NCBI RefSeq assembly: GCF_018977255.1
Contig: NW_024704742.1
Location: 71,240,001 to 71,304,000 of the forward strand
Direction of reading: 5' to 3'
Length of the DNA stretch: 64,000 bases
From: Callorhinchus milii
Lineage: Eukaryota
Shown: positions 62,306 to 64,000 of the stretch, in pieces
Layout: the number at the start of each line of letters is the position of its first letter
How positions within the stretch are numbered: the first letter of the stretch is position 1
Notes under the pieces: generated by a model
What the model was told of the DNA's origin: nothing
The model's input: the letters and a program-made list of their open reading frames with translations, nothing else
The model's database searches: none
Program-made: the position numbers and the translations under genes

Positions 62306-64000
62306 GACCACTACAAAGGGCTGACCGCAAACAAAAACAGCAGAGAAACAAGAGAGATTGGAGAATAATAAGCCAATAATGCATAAAGATATAGGAGGAA
62401 GGAGAGACTGAGAGGTCAGGTGGTCAACAGGTTTTGGGGTGCTCTGATAGAGGTCCTTAGATAATTAAAGGGATTGAGAGGACAAATGTGAGGAACTATT
62501 TCCAACTGGTAGATAATTTGAGGCAAGAATTTAAGATTGTAACTAAGAGCATGAAAGGGAATGTTAGGAAGGATTAATGGAATGCATAACTATTTGCCAG
62601 GGTTGGGTGGTCAGAGCAGGCTTGACTGGAGGGTATGGGGAAAGAATGTACAATTGGGATTAAGATAGATGACTATTGGAGGAGCAAGCAACGACACTAA
62701 TGGCTATTAAATGTTAAATGGCCTGCTGATGACTTTTTATGTTTTATGGGTTTATGGAGGCGCTCGGAAATGAAGATAGTGGGCGATGAGCCCCATTTCA
62801 ACACTGGAAGACAGTATGAGGTATTTGGAACTTTGAAGGAACAACAACAACAAAAATTGCATTTATTTAGCATCTTTCACATCAGGAGGACTACCCAGGG
62901 AATGTTTAGAGATCATAGTAGCATCAATAAATGGAGACAACGTCAAAAACATAGCACCCAAACAGATTGATAAGAGTTTTACAGCACAGAAGGAGCTCAG
63001 TCGGCCCATTGTGTTATGCACTGACTCTCAGAGCAACCTGTCCACTCAATCCCATGGGCCTGCCCTATCCCCATACGTTTTGCCCATAAAATATACAGTC
63101 AATTCACTCTACAGTATATTCTATGACATGCTTTAAAATGTGCTGATTATGTGATAAGGCGCTATATCAAATGCAACGATTAGTATTATCATTATTATTA
63201 TACCCCTGTAGCTTTTTATTTCCTTACTGAAACCCACAAAGGACTCTGTTCTACCACCTTACTTAGCAGGACATTCCACATCACACATACGCTACAGGAC
63301 TCACAAACCTTATGTGAAGGTCCAGCTTCTTCTTGAATGCATCCACGCTACTATACATCTATGTCCTGCCATTGATTCAACCAATGCTTCAGGCAGCGAA
63401 AACCACAATATTGCTAAAAATACAGTATACAAAATGCGTGCAGTGTGATTTGGAGACTTAAGCACAGTATCTGACAGCCGACTGACCAAAATATAACCAC
63501 ATTGGGGAAATGCAACTATCACGTCGCATTAAGACAATGAGAAAAGCAAATCACATGATTCATAATAATAATAATGATCCTTGCATTTGATATAGCGCCT
63601 TGTCGCATCTCCCAGACATCTCAAAGTACTTCACAGGATATACTGTAAATTGAATTAACTATATTTTGTGGACGAAACGTAGAGGCCAATTGCGCACAGC
63701 AGCGACTACATAAATGCAAAACCTCAATGCCACTGGATGTTCATCACACCTCAGTGTCTTAAATTAACAAGCTCATAATTCCGCTGCAATTCTGAAAACT
63801 AGCTCGCCTCAAAAATGAATCAAGCGACAACCGTCACAGCTAACCCAGCAGACCAAAAGTACACCTCGTCTCAGCCTTGAATGCCTTCAAATTTAGAAAT
63901 GACAACAGATTGTGGAAACGTCTTCAATTCAGTCTTCATTTGAAATTCATACTTCATGTGGTGTCCTGTAGCGTAGTCGTTAGAGCGCTCCCCTCGCAAG

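Noticed and set aside
61614..64000. SEMA4F exon 1 (signal peptide)
   Set aside because: No convincing ATG/hydrophobic exon or CpG promoter seen; probably beyond the window

Overview
Repeat-rich vertebrate genomic DNA. The SINE/L2/CR1 content suggests a cartilaginous fish, probably a chimaera (inference). Two convergent multi-exon genes can be spliced by hand with consistent phases. (1) On the + strand, a CCDC166/CCDC121-like (DUF4515) coiled-coil gene: non-coding exon 1 ending at 6691, 7 coding exons from 10610 to 21951, 289 aa. It contains a probable U12-type minor intron at 14980-15143. (2) On the - strand, SEMA4F coding exons 2-14 (61613 down to 26466; about 711 aa seen; the signal-peptide exon was not found in the window). 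A small CpG-rich, probably bidirectional promoter with ETS and RFX motifs (6420-6700) lies between a 3-kb inverted (CA)n-CTGCCCC satellite and a 1.9-kb G-rich 15-mer satellite. The rest is mostly tRNA-Ala-derived SINEs, Deu-domain SINEs and L2/CR1 fragments. Rarer items are a decayed 28S rRNA fragment, a non-autonomous Helitron family, a Tx1 LINE, R4/Dong-clade endonuclease fragments and a 96-nt hairpin. There are no CRISPR arrays or prokaryotic systems. Repeat family names are from recall, not database searches.
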